From Yuukianura sp. NJ FZ-2021 (lineage: Eukaryota): a stretch of 64,000 bases of DNA. The translations under genes and the position numbers were made by a program. The notes below the pieces were generated by a model. The model searched no databases and had not been told where the DNA came from. It saw only the letters and a program-made list of their open reading frames with translations. This document shows positions 62,543-64,000 of the stretch, in pieces. The number at the start of each line of letters is the position of its first letter. Position 1 is the stretch's first letter. The stretch lies in contig CM102289.1 of NCBI GenBank assembly GCA_046563655.1, positions 6,634,001 to 6,698,000 of the forward strand, written 5' to 3'.

Positions 62543-64000
62543 TTATATTGGAACAATAGTTTCGTTTGGCTTGAGTCCAACTAACTTCACACTTTTTTCC
62601 CAAAGAACCCGAGCGTTGTCGTCATTTTCTCCCAAATTACTTGCTCGAGATTTCTAAAGTAAGAAATATTTTTCTTATTTAACTTAATTTTCAAAGTTAT
62701 AATTTTGGTAGAAAGTGATTTTTACTTGGCAATCAACAAAGTACTCTCCGCTCATTCCCTCAACTTCTTCTGATACAGCGACATGAATTGACGTTTGTGC
62801 TCCTTCAACAGTCGTCTGTTGTGTATGTTTAATCAATTAATTGAATTTATTAAAAAGCTTAACCAAATTAAAATTAAAGAGACTCACTTTAGCGAAAAGC
62901 CCGAAACTAAATGTTATGATTCGCCAGTACCAAACTTCATTGAGGGTAGCGCCAAACGCAGTTTTAACAACTCCTGGATGTAGAGAATTGACTTTAATTT
63001 CTTTAATTCCAGCATCTTTCAAGCGCCGATTGAGTTCTCTAGTGAAGTAGATATTGGCCAATTTGGATAACTTATAGGCTTGCAGCGTTGTGAACGATTT
63101 TTCGGAGTTAAGATTTTCCGGATCGAAAACCTTCACATATCTATGAGCATCAGAGGATACGTTTACAATTCGGGCATTTCCGCTTTTTTTCAACAAATCT
63201 GAAAATTGTAAAAATAAAATTCTTTCGGGCAATTATTACAAAAAAGATAACGTTTAAAAAAATACCTAAAAGCAAATGTGTGAGAAGAAATGGGGCAAAG
63301 TGATTCGTTTGCATGCACAGTTCCATTCCATCTTTCGTGGATTCTTGTTTCGTCATTGGAATGCCAGCATTGTTAATCAAAATGTCCAACCGACTCTCTT
63401 CGGCAACAATTTCTTTACAAAATTTCCGAACAGATGCCAGCGAAGCCAAATCCAGTTGTTTTAGTGCAACATTTTCATTACGAGAATCTTGTTTGACTTC
63501 CTCTGTATAAATAAAAGATCCACTCAAATTAACCGAATCATTAAAGTCGAAATTTTTTGTGGGAAATATTTTTTGCACGATTATTTTTAAAATTTAATTT
63601 TACCCAACGCAGCTTTTCCTCTTTCCAAGCTTCGGCAAGCTAGAATAACTCGAGCTCCTCGTTTAGCAAGGTCCTTGGCTGTTTCTAATCCAATTCCTAC
63701 ATAGAGAATTTTGACTTTTCCTTTCAAAATTTTTTCTTTTGGAAAAAATAAACTTTGCATAATGGAGTTTATCATAACAGTAAAATTTCCTCTTACCAAT
63801 GTTAGCTCCAGTGACGATTACAGTTTTTCCATCAAGTCTTTTGTAAGACGTACAAACTCCAACAGACAATTTAGCATAGACTTTAAAACCCAAAGGAACC
63901 AAGACAAAGATTGTGATGAGAATAGGTGAGTAATATGCCAACAAAGACACCGTTAAGGAATAAAACGCGAATTCAGTCAAATAGTAGTACGGATCGCTAT
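62543..64000 (-). CDS. Retinol dehydrogenase 11-14-like SDR, copy 2 (start lies beyond the window)
   Basis: TGANIGIG, LINNAG, YKLSK, SLHPGVV; same intron positions as copy 1. Confidence 0.92.

Overview
AT-rich eukaryotic (arthropod-like) genomic DNA with compact genes and many short GT-AG introns. A hexapod such as a springtail is plausible, but that is inference only. Gene models were rebuilt by hand from splice sites, because the ORF track breaks at introns. Left to right: an unknown Ser/Pro-rich gene; an MFSD6-like transporter; two duplicated His-rich secreted peptides; an intact BEL/Pao LTR retrotransposon (625-bp LTRs, GTTAA TSD, tRNA-Phe PBS); a bacterial-type GH18 chitinase with introns; a WAP-like peptide; an EF-hand protein; a CD36-family gene; three genes with defensin-like Cys modules; an SRPBCC-like gene; two DUF4803-like genes; three paralogous secreted Cys/Thr-rich genes; a CCDC66-like gene; an intron-containing pRiA4b-ORF3-like gene; a Cys-loop channel; a ubiquitin-like/ADP-ribosyltransferase fusion; a TIR-bounded 2-kb element carrying a RING/zinc-knuckle gene; and two tandem retinol-dehydrogenase-like SDRs. 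The standout is a 7-exon gene at 56729-59751 that splices in frame a divergent Pol eta-like Y-family polymerase (steric-gate position is Glu) to a DXO/Rai1 RNA 5'-end-processing nuclease domain. All family calls come from recalled motifs, not database searches.
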